From positions 2,914,001 through 2,978,000 of the forward strand of contig JASTWF010000035.1 in NCBI GenBank assembly GCA_030390025.1: a stretch of DNA of 64,000 nt, read 5' to 3'. Position 1 is the first letter of the stretch, and each line of letters starts with the position of its first letter. The position numbers and the translations under genes were made by a program. Below are positions 1 through 11,913 of the stretch, piece by piece. Under the pieces are notes generated by a model that was given only the letters and a program-made list of their open reading frames with translations, was not told where the DNA came from and did not search any database. Source of the stretch: Squalus acanthias (taxonomy: Eukaryota).

Positions 1-92
1 TGCTTCCTCTGTCTTCCAAATTCACTTTCTACTTTTCTGCTTTCTTCTCTCCCTTTTGAATCTATTCTCAGGTTCCTATCCCCCCCGCCAAG

Positions 93-671
93 CTAGTTTA
101 AACCCTCCCCAACAGCACTAGCAAACCTTCCCGCAAGGATATTGGTCCCGGCTCCGTTGAGGTGTAACCAGTCCGGCTTGTAAAGTTCCAACCCCCCCCA
201 GGAACGGTCCCAATGCCTCAGGAATCTAAAGCCCTCCCTCCTGCACCATCTCTCCAGCAATGCATTCATCTGCTCTATCCTCCTATTCCTGTACTCACTA
301 GCACGTGGCACCAGGAGTAATCCGGAGATTACTACCTTTGAGGTCTTGCTTTTTAATCTCTTTCCTAGCTCCCTAAACTCTGCCTGCAGGACCTCATCCC
401 TCTTTCTGCCTATGTTGTTGGTACCGATATGGACAACGACCTCTGGCTGTTCACCCTCCCCCCTCAGAATGCCCTGCAGCCGCTCGGTGATATCCTTGAC
501 CCTGGCACCAGGGTGGCAACATACCATCCTGGAGTCACGTCTGTGGCTGCAGAATCCCCTACCACTGTTGCTCTTCCATTCTTCTTCCGCCATTCTTGTC
601 CCAGCAGTACAGCTACTTCCTGTCCCAGTATTGGTGCCAGTGTCCCATAAAATGGAATCCCTCCTTTTCAC
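93..671 (-). mobile_element. CR1 LINE ORF1 fragment (SGNH esterase domain)
   Basis: Translation has CHPGARVKD, VVVHIGTNN and DWLHLN, the SGNH/GDSL esterase blocks of vertebrate CR1 ORF1; ends GEGLN* as in the copy at 49190-49388. Confidence 0.85.
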
Positions 672-859
672 GCCAGCCTTTCAGCCATGCATCACTTTCC
701 TGATCTGTCAATCCCTATTCCAATCAGCACGTGGTTCGGGTAGTAATCCTCAGATTACGATCCTCGAGGTCCTGCTTTTTAATTTAGCTCCTAGCACCTG
801 ATACTCCCTTAGCAGGACCTCCTCCCTGTTCATTGTTTCCAACATGGATCATACTATAA

Positions 860-2064
860 AAAGGACATATAAGCACTGGAGAAAATGCAAAAAATATTTG
901 CAAGGATGGTACCAGAACTGAGAGATAACAGCTATCGGGAAAGATTGAATAGGTTGAAGTTTTTTTTTAGAAAACAGTAAACTTAGAGGTGACCTGATAG
1001 AGGTCTTTAAAATTATGAATGGGTTGGACGAGGTAGATGTGTAGAGAATGTTTCCACTAGTGGAAGAATCCAAAACTAAGGGCCATAAATCTTGATATAT
1101 ATATATATTAATGACTTGGACTTGGCACAATTTCAAAATTTGCAGATGACACAAAACTTGGAAGTATAGTGAACAGTGAGGAGGATAGCGATCGACTTCA
1201 AGAAGACAGACAGGCTGGTGGAATGGGTGGACACGTGGCAGATGAAATTTAACACAGAAAAGTGTGAAGTGATACATTTTGGTAGGAAGAACGAGGAGAG
1301 GCAATATAAACTATAGGGTACAATCCTAAAGGGGGTGCATGAACAGAGAGACCTGGGGGTATATGTGCACAAATCGTTGAAGGTGTCAGGGCAGGTTGAG
1401 AAAGCAGTTAAAAATCATACGGGATACTGTGCTTCATAAATAGAGGCATAGAGTACAAAAGCGTGGAAATTATGATGAACCTGTATAAAACACTGGTTCG
1501 GCCTCAACTGGAGTATTGTGTCCAATTCTGGACACCACACTTTAGGAAGGATGTGAAGGCCTTAGAGAAGGTGCAGAAAAAATTTGCAAGAATGGTTCCA
1601 GGGTTGAGGGACTTCAGTTAGGTGGATAGACTGGAGAAGCTGGGGTTGTTCTCCTTAGAGCAGAGAAGATTGAGAGGAGATTTGATAGAGATGTTCAAAA
1701 TCATGAGGGGTCTAGACAGAGTAGATAGAGAGAAACTGTTCCTATTGGTGGTAGGGTCGAGAACCAGAGGATACAGATTTAAGGTGATTGGCAGAAGAAC
1801 CAAAGGCGACATGAGGAAAAACTTTTTTACGCAGCGAGTAGTTAGGATCTGGAATGCGCTGCCTGAAAGGGTGATGGAGGCAGACTCAATCGTGGCTTTC
1901 AAAAAGGAATTGGATAAGTACCTGAAGGAAAAATATTTGCAGGGCTACGGGGAAAGGGCGGGGGAGTGGGACTAGCTGAAGTGCTCCTGCAGAGAGCTGG
2001 CATGGGCTCGACGGGCCGAATGGCCTCCTTCTGTGCTGTTACCATTCTATGATTCTATTCTATG
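860..2064 (+). mobile_element. CR1 LINE ORF2 3' fragments with tail
   Basis: FADDTKLG-like, RPQLEYCVQFW, LFSLEQRRLRGDLIE and GYGERAGEWD*, followed by a (ATTCTATG)-like tail at ~2044-2064. Confidence 0.9.
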
Positions 2065-2345
2065 CAAGATAGTCACTAATAAATCCAATAGGGAAATTAG
2101 GAGAAATGTCTACTCAGAAAGTGGTTGAAATGTGGAACTCGCTACCAGAAAGTGGTTGAGGCAAATAGCTTAGATGCTTTCAAAAGGAAACGAGACGAGT
2201 GCATGAGAGAAAAGGGAATCGAAAGATATCCTGAAAGGCTGAGATGAGTCCGATGGAATGGGAGGAGACTCGTGTGGAGTATAAACACCAGCACAGACTC
2301 GTTGGGCCAAATGGTCTGTTTCTGCGCTGAATATTCGATGTAACT
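2065..2345 (+). mobile_element. CR1-type 3' fragment
   Basis: WNSLP-encoding segment plus 3' UTR; very similar to 58428-58822. Confidence 0.7.
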
Positions 2346-2485
2346 GGTTGTTCCCTCTCCCTTTCCATGTTCCTTTCCAGCTGATTGGAGATAACTCTTA
2401 CCCTGGTAGGCAATACGCACTCCTGGACTCTCGATCATGACTACAGAGGATACCCTCTATCCCCCAATGATCAAATCCCCTATAA

Positions 2486-2926
2486 CTACAACCTTTCTGT
2501 TCTGCTCCTCTGCCCGTTGAACTGCCTCCAGCTCCACAGTTTCTTGGTGAGCATTCTGGCCATCCTTCCCACAGCTTTTCTCCTTATCCTTACAAGTATA
2601 TTGTACCTTTTGGACAGGACCACATTCTGCGGTTCCTCCTTCCTTGCCTCAGCTAGATTCACCCTACCCTGTTGTCTGTCAGTCATACTCTCCTCTCCCT
2701 GTACCTGTACCTCTCTACGTGATGTGACTGTTTTAGAGTAAACTATCCAGAAACTCTTCCTCACCCTTATGTGTTCGAATGTCTCTAACTCGCAATCCAG
2801 CTCAACGATTCTGAGCCAGACTGACCCAAGGCAGAGATGTTTCCTGCAGATATGGTGTTCCGGGTTAGTCCCACTCTCCACAAATTCTGACATCTTGCAG
2901 TCCCAACACGCTGCCTGTGCTGCCAT
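2486..2926 (-). mobile_element. CR1 ORF1 N-terminal fragment (zinc finger plus leucine zipper)
   Basis: MAAQAACWDCKM...HICRKH followed by the heptad-like LRIVELDCELETF. Confidence 0.65.
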
Positions 2927-3210
2927 TTCTAATGTATATTTATTTACTAATTTAATTTTTATAAAGCAGTTACTTATTTATCTGTAGTTCAAACTGAATC
3001 GCCTTTAATGTTAAATTAGTTTCTTCTACTGCTCAATTTAGTAAATCTATCACATTAGGTCTATTTACAGTTGATAGTTTGTACATTATGCTTGCCTCTT
3101 ACGTATTACATTTAAGTTGAGTAGCCCCTTAATGAACTATAACCAAGTTGAACTGAGTTGAAACCTCTCGATGGGCCGAATGGCCTCCTTCTGTGCCGTT
3201 ATGACACTAT

Positions 3211-3841
3211 GCGGGAGAAATTGAGTCGCGCGCCCTTTGGGGCGCTAACTTCGCCAGGGCGCTACTTTTAGCGCTGCACAAAAATTAGCGCTCCCCGCGG
3301 CCAAAATTGAGTGTTGCGCCCCAAGAGGGGGGCTGCGAGGGAATACCGGAAGGGGAGGGGCCTTGCGCAGCGTGACCCGGAGCCCAGCTGAGCCACCGGG
3401 ATCGGAGTGCCGGCAAAAGAGAAGTGCCGAGCTCATGGGGTGCAGCCGACACTCCATGGGGGGGCAGGTCAGGAGGCTGGGGATGGCAGAGGGGGCAGGT
3501 GCTGGCAGGTGGCCAGCAACAAAAATGGCCGTCCGGCACCTCGCCTTTAAATAGCGCCGCCCCGGCCGCAGGTAGGCCCCCTGAACCCGTCGGACATAGC
3601 GTCTGGTGGTAAGTCAGGGGGCGCTACCAAAGATCGCGAGCGGGGCGCTGTGCACGGCGATGATGTCATCAACGGCGGCACAGCGCCGCGGGGCGCTAAC
3701 GGTTACCGCCGCCACTAACCTCCCGCTGAATTCCGCGGGAGGCGTTGGTGGTGCCGCGCCCGGGTGCTAGTTCATTTTGCGTCCCGTTAGCGCCTTCTTA
3801 GGGCGCTAATAGGAGGCACAAAGCAACCGAATTCTTCACCC
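3211..3841. mobile_element. GC-rich non-autonomous DNA transposon (MITE) inserted in a CR1 tail
   Basis: Flanked by TAT/TAT (3208-3210, 3842-3844); imperfect terminal inverted repeats (gcgggagaaattgagtcgc...ggcgctaac versus gttagcgcc...gcaaccgaattcttcaccc); the CR1 tail repeat resumes after it. Confidence 0.6.
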
Positions 3842-3943
3842 TATGACTCTAGGTTGACTATGTCACTTTTTAGAATTTTTTCCACCATTTGTTTGACCTC
3901 TGCCACTGTGCTCCACTACCGCTCCCCGCTTTTTAAAATCCGG

Positions 3944-6900
3944 TCTCTCTCTCACACACACACACGCCTTACTCACTCACACACACACCGTCACTCACAC
4001 ACACAGTCACTCACACACACAGTCACTCACACACACACAGTCATTCACTCACACACACACACAGTCACTCACTCACACACACAGTCACTCACTCACACAC
4101 ACACACAGTCACTCACACACACAGTCACTCACTCACACACACCGTCACTCACACACACACACAGTCACTCACTCACACACACACAGTCACTCACACACAC
4201 ACAGTCACTCACACACACAGTCACTCACTCACACACACAGTCACTCACACACACACAGTCACTCACACACACAGTCACTCACACAGTCACTCACACTCAC
4301 ACACAGTCACTCACTCACACTCACACACACACAGTCACTCACACACACAGCCACTCACTCACACACACAGTCACTCACACACACACACAGTCACTCACTC
4401 ACACACACAGTCACTCATACTCACACACAGTCACTCACTCACACTCACACACACACAGTCACTCACACACACAGCCACTCACTCACACATACAGTCACTC
4501 ACACACACACACAGTCACTCACTCACACACACAGTCACTCACACTCACACACACAGTCACTCACTCACACACAATCACTCACTCACTCACACACACAGTC
4601 ACTCACTCTCACACACAGTCACTCACTCACACTCACACACACAGTCAGTCACTCACTCACTCACAGTCACTCACTCACTCACACAGTCACTCACTCACAC
4701 ACAGTCACTCACACACACACACACAGTCACTCACACACACACACAGTCACTCACTCACACACACAGTCACTCACTCACACAAACAGTCACTCACACACAC
4801 ACAGTCACTCACACACAAACAGTCACTCACTCACTCACAGTCACACACACACACACAGTCACTCACTCACTCACTAAGTCACTCACACACAGTCACTCAC
4901 TCACACATACAGTCACTCACTCACACACACAGTCACTCACTCACTCACACAGTCACTCACTCACACACACAGTCACTCACTCACACACACAGTCACTCAC
5001 TCACAGTCACACACACACACACAGTCACTCACACACACACACAGTCACTCACACACACAGTCACTCACTCACTCACAGTCACTCACTCACACACACAGTC
5101 ACTCACTCACACAGTCACTCACTCACTCACAGTCACACACACACACACACAGTCACTCACACACACACACAGTCACTCACTCACACACACAGTCACTCAC
5201 TCACACACAGTCACTCACTCACACACACAGTCACTCACACACACAGTCACTCACTCACACACACAGTCACTCACACACACACAGTCACTCACTCACACAC
5301 AGTCACTCACTCACACAAACAGTCACTCACACACACAAACAGTCACTCACACACAAACAGTCACTCACTCACACACAGTCACTCACTCACACAAACAGTC
5401 ACTCACACACACACACAGTCACTCACTCACACAAACAGTCACTCACACACACACAGTCACTCACTCACACAGTCACTCACTCACACACACAGTCACTCAC
5501 ACACACACAGTCACTCACTCACACAAACAGTCACTCACACACACAGTCCCTCACTCACACACAGTCACTCACTCACATAGTCACTCACTCACTCACACAG
5601 TCACTCACTCACACAGTCACTCACTCACACACAGTCACTCACTCACACACAGTCACTCACTCACACACACAGTCACTCACACACACAGTCACTCACTCAC
5701 ACACACAGTCACTCACTCACACACAGTCACTCACTCACACACAGTCACTCACACACACAGTCACTCACTCACTCACGCACACAGTCACTCACTCACACAC
5801 ACAGTCACTCACTCACACACAGTCACTCACACACACAGTCACTCACACACACACACACACAGTCACTCACTCACACACACACAGTCACTCACTCACACAC
5901 ACACAGTCACTCACTCACTCACTCACACACAGTCACTCACACACACACACAGTCACTCACACACACACAGTCACTCACTCACACACAGTCACTCACTCAC
6001 ACACACAGTCACTCACTCACACACAGTCACTCACTCACACACACACAGTCACTCACTCACTCACACACAGTCACTCACTCACTCACTCACACACACAGTC
6101 ACTCACTCACTCACTCACACACAGTCACTCACACACACACAGTCACTCACTCACACACACAGTCACTCACTCACACTCACACAGTCACTCACTCACACAC
6201 ACAGTCACTCACACACACACAGTCACTCACTCACACACACAGTCACTCACACTCACAGACACAGCCACTCACACACACACACACAGTCACTCACTCACAG
6301 TCACTCACTCACACACAGTCACTCACACACACACACAGTCACTCACACACACACACAGTCACTCACTCACACACACAGTCACTCACACTCACAGACACAG
6401 TCACTCACACACACACACACAGTCACTCACTCACAGTCACTCACACACACACAGTCACTCACTCACTCACACACAGTCACTCACACACACACACAGTCAC
6501 TCACACACACACAGTCACTCACTCACACACAGTCACTCACTCACACACACAGTCACTCACTCACACACAGTCACTCACTCACACACACACAGTCACTCAC
6601 TCACTCACACACAGTCACTCACTCACTCGCACACACAGTCACTCACTCACACACAGTCACTCACTCACTCACACACACAGTCACTCACTCACACAGTCAC
6701 TCACTCACACACACAGTCACTCACACACACACACACAGTCACTCACTCACACAGTCACTCACTCACACACAGTCACTCACACACACACAGTCACTCACTC
6801 ACACACACACAGTCACTCACTCACACACACAGTCACTCACACACACACACAGTCACTCACACACACACAGTCACTCACTCACACACAGTCACTCACTCAC

Positions 6901-7598
6901 ACACACAGTCACTCACTCACTCACACAGTCACTCACTCACACACACACAGTCACCCACACACACAGTCACTCACACACACACAGTCACTCACTCACACAC
7001 AGTCACTCACTCACACACACACAGTCACTCACTCACTCACACACAGTCACTCACACACACACAGTCACTCACTCACTCACACAGTCACTCACACACACAC
7101 AGTCACTCACTCACACACAGTCACTCACACACACACAGTCACTCACTCACACACACACACAATCACTCACTCACACACAGTCACTCACTCACACACAAAC
7201 AGTCACTCACACACACACAGTCACTCACTCACACACACACAGTCACTCACTCACTCACACAGTCACTCACTCACACACACACAGTCACCCACACACACAG
7301 TCACTCACACACACACAGTCACTCACTCACACACAGTCACTCACTCACACACACACAGTCACTCACTCACTCACACACAGTCACTCACACACACACAGTC
7401 ACTCACTCACTCACACACAGTCACTCACACACACACAGTCACTCACTCACACAGTCACTCACACACACACAGTCACTCACTCACACACACACACAATCAC
7501 TCACTCACACACAGTCACTCACTCACACACAAACAGTCACTCACACACACACAGTCACTCACTCACTCACACACAGTCACTCACACACTCACTCACAC
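3944..7598. repeat. Compound microsatellite AGT(CACT)n(CA)m, ~3.6 kb
   Basis: Directly visible; explains the 1253-aa T/H/S ORF. Confidence 0.97.
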
Positions 7599-8736
7599 AC
7601 AGACCCACTCGCTGACACACAGAGAGACCCACTCGCTGACACACAGAGAGACCTACTCGCTGACGCACAGACCCACTCACTGACGCACAGAGAGACCCAC
7701 TCGCTGACACACAGACCCACTCGCTGACGCACAGAGAGACCCACTCGCTGACACACAGAGAGACCTACTCGCTGACGCACAGACCCACTCACTGACGCAC
7801 AGAGAGACCCACTCGCTGACGCACAGACCCACTCGTTGACACACAGAGATACCCACTCGTTGACACACAGAAAGACCCACTCGTTGACACACAGAGATAC
7901 CCACTCGTTGACACACAGAGAGACCCACTCGTTGACACACAGAGAGACCCACTCGCTGACACACAGAGAGACCCACTCGCTGACACACAGAGAGACCCAC
8001 TCGCTGACACACAGAGAGACCCACTCGCTGACACACAGAGAGACCCACTCGCTGACACACAGAGAGACCCACTCGCTGACACACAGAGAGACCCACTCGC
8101 TGACACACAGAGAGACCCACTCGTTGACACACAGAGAGACCCACTCACTGACACACAGAGAGACCCACTCACTGACACACACAGACCCACTCGCTGACGC
8201 ACAGAGAGACCCACTCGCTGACACACAGAGAGACCCACTCGCTGACACACAGACCCACTCGCTGACGCACAGAGAGACCCACTCGCTGACGCACAGAGAG
8301 ACCCACTCGCTGACGCACAGAGAGACCCACTCGCTGACGCACAGAGAGACCCACTCGCTGACGCACAGAGAGACCCACTCGCTGACGCACAGAGAGACCC
8401 ACTCGCTGACACACAGAGAGACCCACTCGCTGACGCACAGAGAGACCCACTCGCTGACACACAGAGAGACCCACTCACTGACACACAGAGAGACCCACTC
8501 GCTGACGCACAGAGAGACCCACTCGCTGACGCACAGAGAGACCCACTCGCTGACGCACAGAGAGACCCACTCGCTGACGCACAGAGAGACCCACTCGCTG
8601 ACACACAGAGAGACCCACTCGCTGACGCACAGAGAGACCCACTCGCTGACGCACAGAGAGACCCACTCGCTGACGCACAGAGAGACCCACTCGCTGACGC
8701 ACAGAGAGACCCACTCGCTGACACACAGACCCACTC
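7599..8736. repeat. 24-bp minisatellite (gacccactcgctgacRcacagaga)n
   Basis: Directly visible; 8-aa periodicity in all overlapping ORFs. Confidence 0.97.
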
Positions 8737-8993
8737 AAATTGTCCCTGTGTCTGCGCCTCTCTAAACACAGCTCATTAAGCCTATCTGGGTTGCTAAGCT
8801 GAAAACCAGATCGGTGGCCATACCAACACAATCTAGGATGTAGTTATCGCTGTTTGTGGTATCAGGACCTAGCCTCGAAAAATCCCCTCTGCTGAGGCCA
8901 GGAGTGAGTGACTGCAGTTATATGTGAATACGATAACTGTGCAGAAATATGTTGCTTGTGATACCGAATCATCACTAATGTACATCTTTTTAG

Positions 8994-9077
8994 TTCCCAC
9001 AGCACCACAGGGCAAGCAAGGTGGGAATACCTCAAAAGCGGCCACCCCAGAAGTATTGGTCTCATGTGCACACACTG
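8994..9077 (+). CDS. Putative host coding exon (gene A, stalk-like), phase 1-1
   Basis: Branch-like cactaat, acceptor tctttttag| and donor ACTG|gtaaga; 84 nt open: (V)PTAPQGKQGGNTSKAATPEVLVSCAHT. Confidence 0.6.
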
Positions 9078-9129
9078 GTAAGAAACCCCAAAAGCAAATA
9101 CCTATACAGCTAATTTAGCTGCTTCCATT

Positions 9130-10098
9130 AGAATCATAGAATGATACAATATAGAAGATGGCCATTCGGCCCATCGAGCCTGTTACACAGGAACAGGAGG
9201 AGGTCATTCAGCCCCTCGAGTCTGTTACACAGGAACTGGAGGAGGTCATTCAGCCCCTTGAGTCTGTTACACAGGAACTGGAGGAGGTCATTCAGCCCCT
9301 TGAGTCTGTTACACAGGAACTGGAGGAGGTCATTCAGCCCCTCGAGTCTGTTACACAGGAACTGGAGGAGGTCATTCAGCCCCTCGAGCCTGTTACACAG
9401 GAACAGGAGGAGGCCATTCAGCCCCTCGAGCCTGTTACACAGGAACTGGAGGAGGCCATTCAGCCCCTCGAGTCTGTGTCACCATTCAATTAGATCATGG
9501 CTGATCTGTACCTCTACTCAATTTACCCAGCTTTTCTCCTGATCTCTTGATACCCTTACCTAACAAAAATCTATTGATCTCAGTCTTGAAAATTTCAATT
9601 GACCCAACATCCACAGCCTTTTGGGGGAGAGAGTTCCAGATTGCCACTACCCTTTGTGTGAAAAAATGCTTTCTGATTTCACTCCTGAATGGCCTGTCTC
9701 TAATTTTAAGATTGTGCCCACTTATTGTGGATTCTACCACCAGGGTCAATAGTTTATCCACATCTACTACATCAAATCCCTTTATCATTTTAAACATCTC
9801 GATTAGATCACCCCTTAACCTTCTATATTCATGGGAATACAAGCCGAGTCTGCGCAACCTGCCCTCATAATGTAACCCTTTTAGCTCCGGTATTATTCTG
9901 GTGAATCTGCGCTGCTCCCCCTCCAAGGCCAATCTATCCTTCCTGAGGTGCGGGGCCCAGACGGAACACAGTGTCCAGATGGGGTCTGACCAGAGCTCTG
10001 TACAGCTGGAACAGAACTTCCACCCCTTTATATTCCAGACCCCTGAGATAAAGGCTAACATTCCAGAGCTCCGTACAGCTGGAACAGAACTTCCACCT
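9130..10098 (-). mobile_element. CR1 ORF2 3' fragment with amplified 3' end
   Basis: ORF 9495-10061 (RRLRGDLIE, FFTQRVVAIWNSLP); tail at ~9130. Confidence 0.85.
9158..9478. repeat. 42-bp tandem array (~7.5 copies) derived from the CR1 3' UTR
   Basis: Unit gttacacaggaactggaggaggtcattcagcccctcgagtct; contains the ggaggccattcggccc motif of reverse CR1 tails. Confidence 0.9.
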
Positions 10099-10920
10099 TG
10101 AGGAAAAGACCAACATTCTCAATTTGGATGATCAACCATGATCTCATTGAATGGCGGAGCAGGCTCGAGGGGCTGAATGGCCTACTCCTGCTCCTATCTT
10201 CTATGTTTCTATGTATTCAGTTAGCCTTTTTAATTGCTCTTTGGACCTGTGCAGATTTGGGCAGGATTCAGTCTCCACCCCTTTCTGCCTGCCATCCAAA
10301 TGGCAACGGGAGTGCCAGGCTCTTTTTGCACCCACTCCTGATACTGGCACTATTGAACGAGGCGGGTCCAGCCATCAGCAGAAACCCTACGGTCAACGTA
10401 AAGTACACAAACACCTGAGGACATGACAGTTCCCACAACAAACCGTAAATGATTCTACAAATATATCAGTAAAAAGAAGCTTTTTAAAAGTAAGATGGGA
10501 CCCCTGAGAGGAGAGAATTGTCAATTTGTTGAGGATGTTCAGAAATGGCAGTTATTAAATAAGTATTTTGCATTAGTCTTTACTGAAGAGAAGGTGAATT
10601 CTGAAGTGGTTGAGAGTGACATGAGCAATATTATGATATAGCAGCATGCTACCTGCCACCATCTCAGCACAACCCCAGCCCGGCATGAGGTTGAAAAGGC
10701 CATCCGACAACTGAAGAACAACAAGGCCTCAGGAACAGATGGAATCCCCGCCAAGGCGCTAAAGCATGGCGGAGAAGCACTACTGGCGTGAATTCATGAA
10801 CTCATTTTCTTATCTGGAAGGAGTAGAGCATGCCAGGGGATCTCAGAGACGCCGTAATTGTGACCATCTTCAAGAAAGGTGACAAGTCCGATTGCGGTAA
10901 TTACAGAGGAGTCTCCCTGC

Positions 10921-11643
10921 TGTAAGCTTTTTATTTCGACTGGCATTAAATTGACAGCAAGACCAATTCTTTTGAAACAATTTGGAATAAGTTTATTAAA
11001 CATACACACTCATGCAAATTTATTAAACACACACACTCATGCAAGTTTATTAAACACACACACTCAGGCACATCAAAACAATAGCCTACTGGTATTTATG
11101 GACTCTACTCGATTACAACTCGTAAGGTAATGGGTTAGATTTACACAGACTGGTACTTCCCTGAGTTAAGCAATGCACGCGGCCTTTTTCCTTGCTTCTT
11201 GGTCTGATCTGTAGAGGGGGGGGCTTCTTGTTCTTCCACGTGGTCGTCCAGCGAGAGAGAGAGAGAGAGCCTTTGGTTCCTTGTTTTTATATCTTTTTAA
11301 AGTCCATTGTCTTCTAGTTTAAATTCTTAAGGCGCCACGATTGGGTCTTAGATTCTGGCAGTTCTTGATTGGCTTTCCTTTGAACATGTGTCTGTCTGCA
11401 GGGGCTGGTGCCATTTCTTGCTTAAGTTAATTGTTTGTTGACACCTTTTAGTGGCTCTTGAGTTTCGATGGTGAGTTTCGATGGTGTCTCTGTGAGGGTT
11501 TATCCTGTTATGCAGGTTTCCTTTGTTAGGTTTCACGCTGTTGCCTTACCCAGGGGAGATCCATACACATCAAATTTATCTTTATCTTATATTAATAGTC
11601 TCGAGTCCATCACACATACAAAACATAGATTTTTATTCTTACA
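10921..11643 (-). repeat. 3' LTR (723 bp)
   Basis: tgtaagcttt...ttcttaca, repeated at 18132-18778; TATAAAA (~11284-11291) and AATAAA on the - strand. Confidence 0.95.
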
Positions 11644-11691
11644 GATTCCGCGCCTTGAGGGGGAAATATCCTTATTGACCCCTCATTTGGT

Positions 11692-11913
11692 TTATCTCCT
11701 CAGTTTCCTAAGGAGTTTTCTCAGGTAGCAGATCATGATGATCCCCACCACTACAATTATGGCTTGTGCCAGTATCATGAACATTGAGAGGGTTCTGAGC
11801 TAGGGGTGTTGTCCTACTTTATACATTGTTTCCCACCATGGGCTGGCTCCTAGCTTTGTATAGCTCTGCTGTTTATGGCATTGTTCTGTCTCATCTGTGT
11901 CCGTATCATGGTC
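11692..11913 (-). pseudogene. env: env remnant (membrane-proximal region, TM, basic tail)
   Basis: Hand translation: DHDTDTDETEQCHKQQSYTKLGASPWWETMYKVGQHP*LRTLSMFMILAQAIIVVVGIIMICYLRKLLRKLRR*; preceded by acceptor ctgatcttgtttcccacag|. Confidence 0.7.

Noticed and set aside
3211..3841. CpG-island promoter
   Set aside because: Bounded by TSD-like TAT and inverted ends inside a CR1 tail; better explained as a MITE.
3854..7615. 1253-aa His/Thr-rich ORF
   Set aside because: Artefact of a stop-poor CA/CACT satellite; non-ATG start.
7589..8831. Long ORFs in many frames
   Set aside because: Translations of a 24-bp minisatellite.
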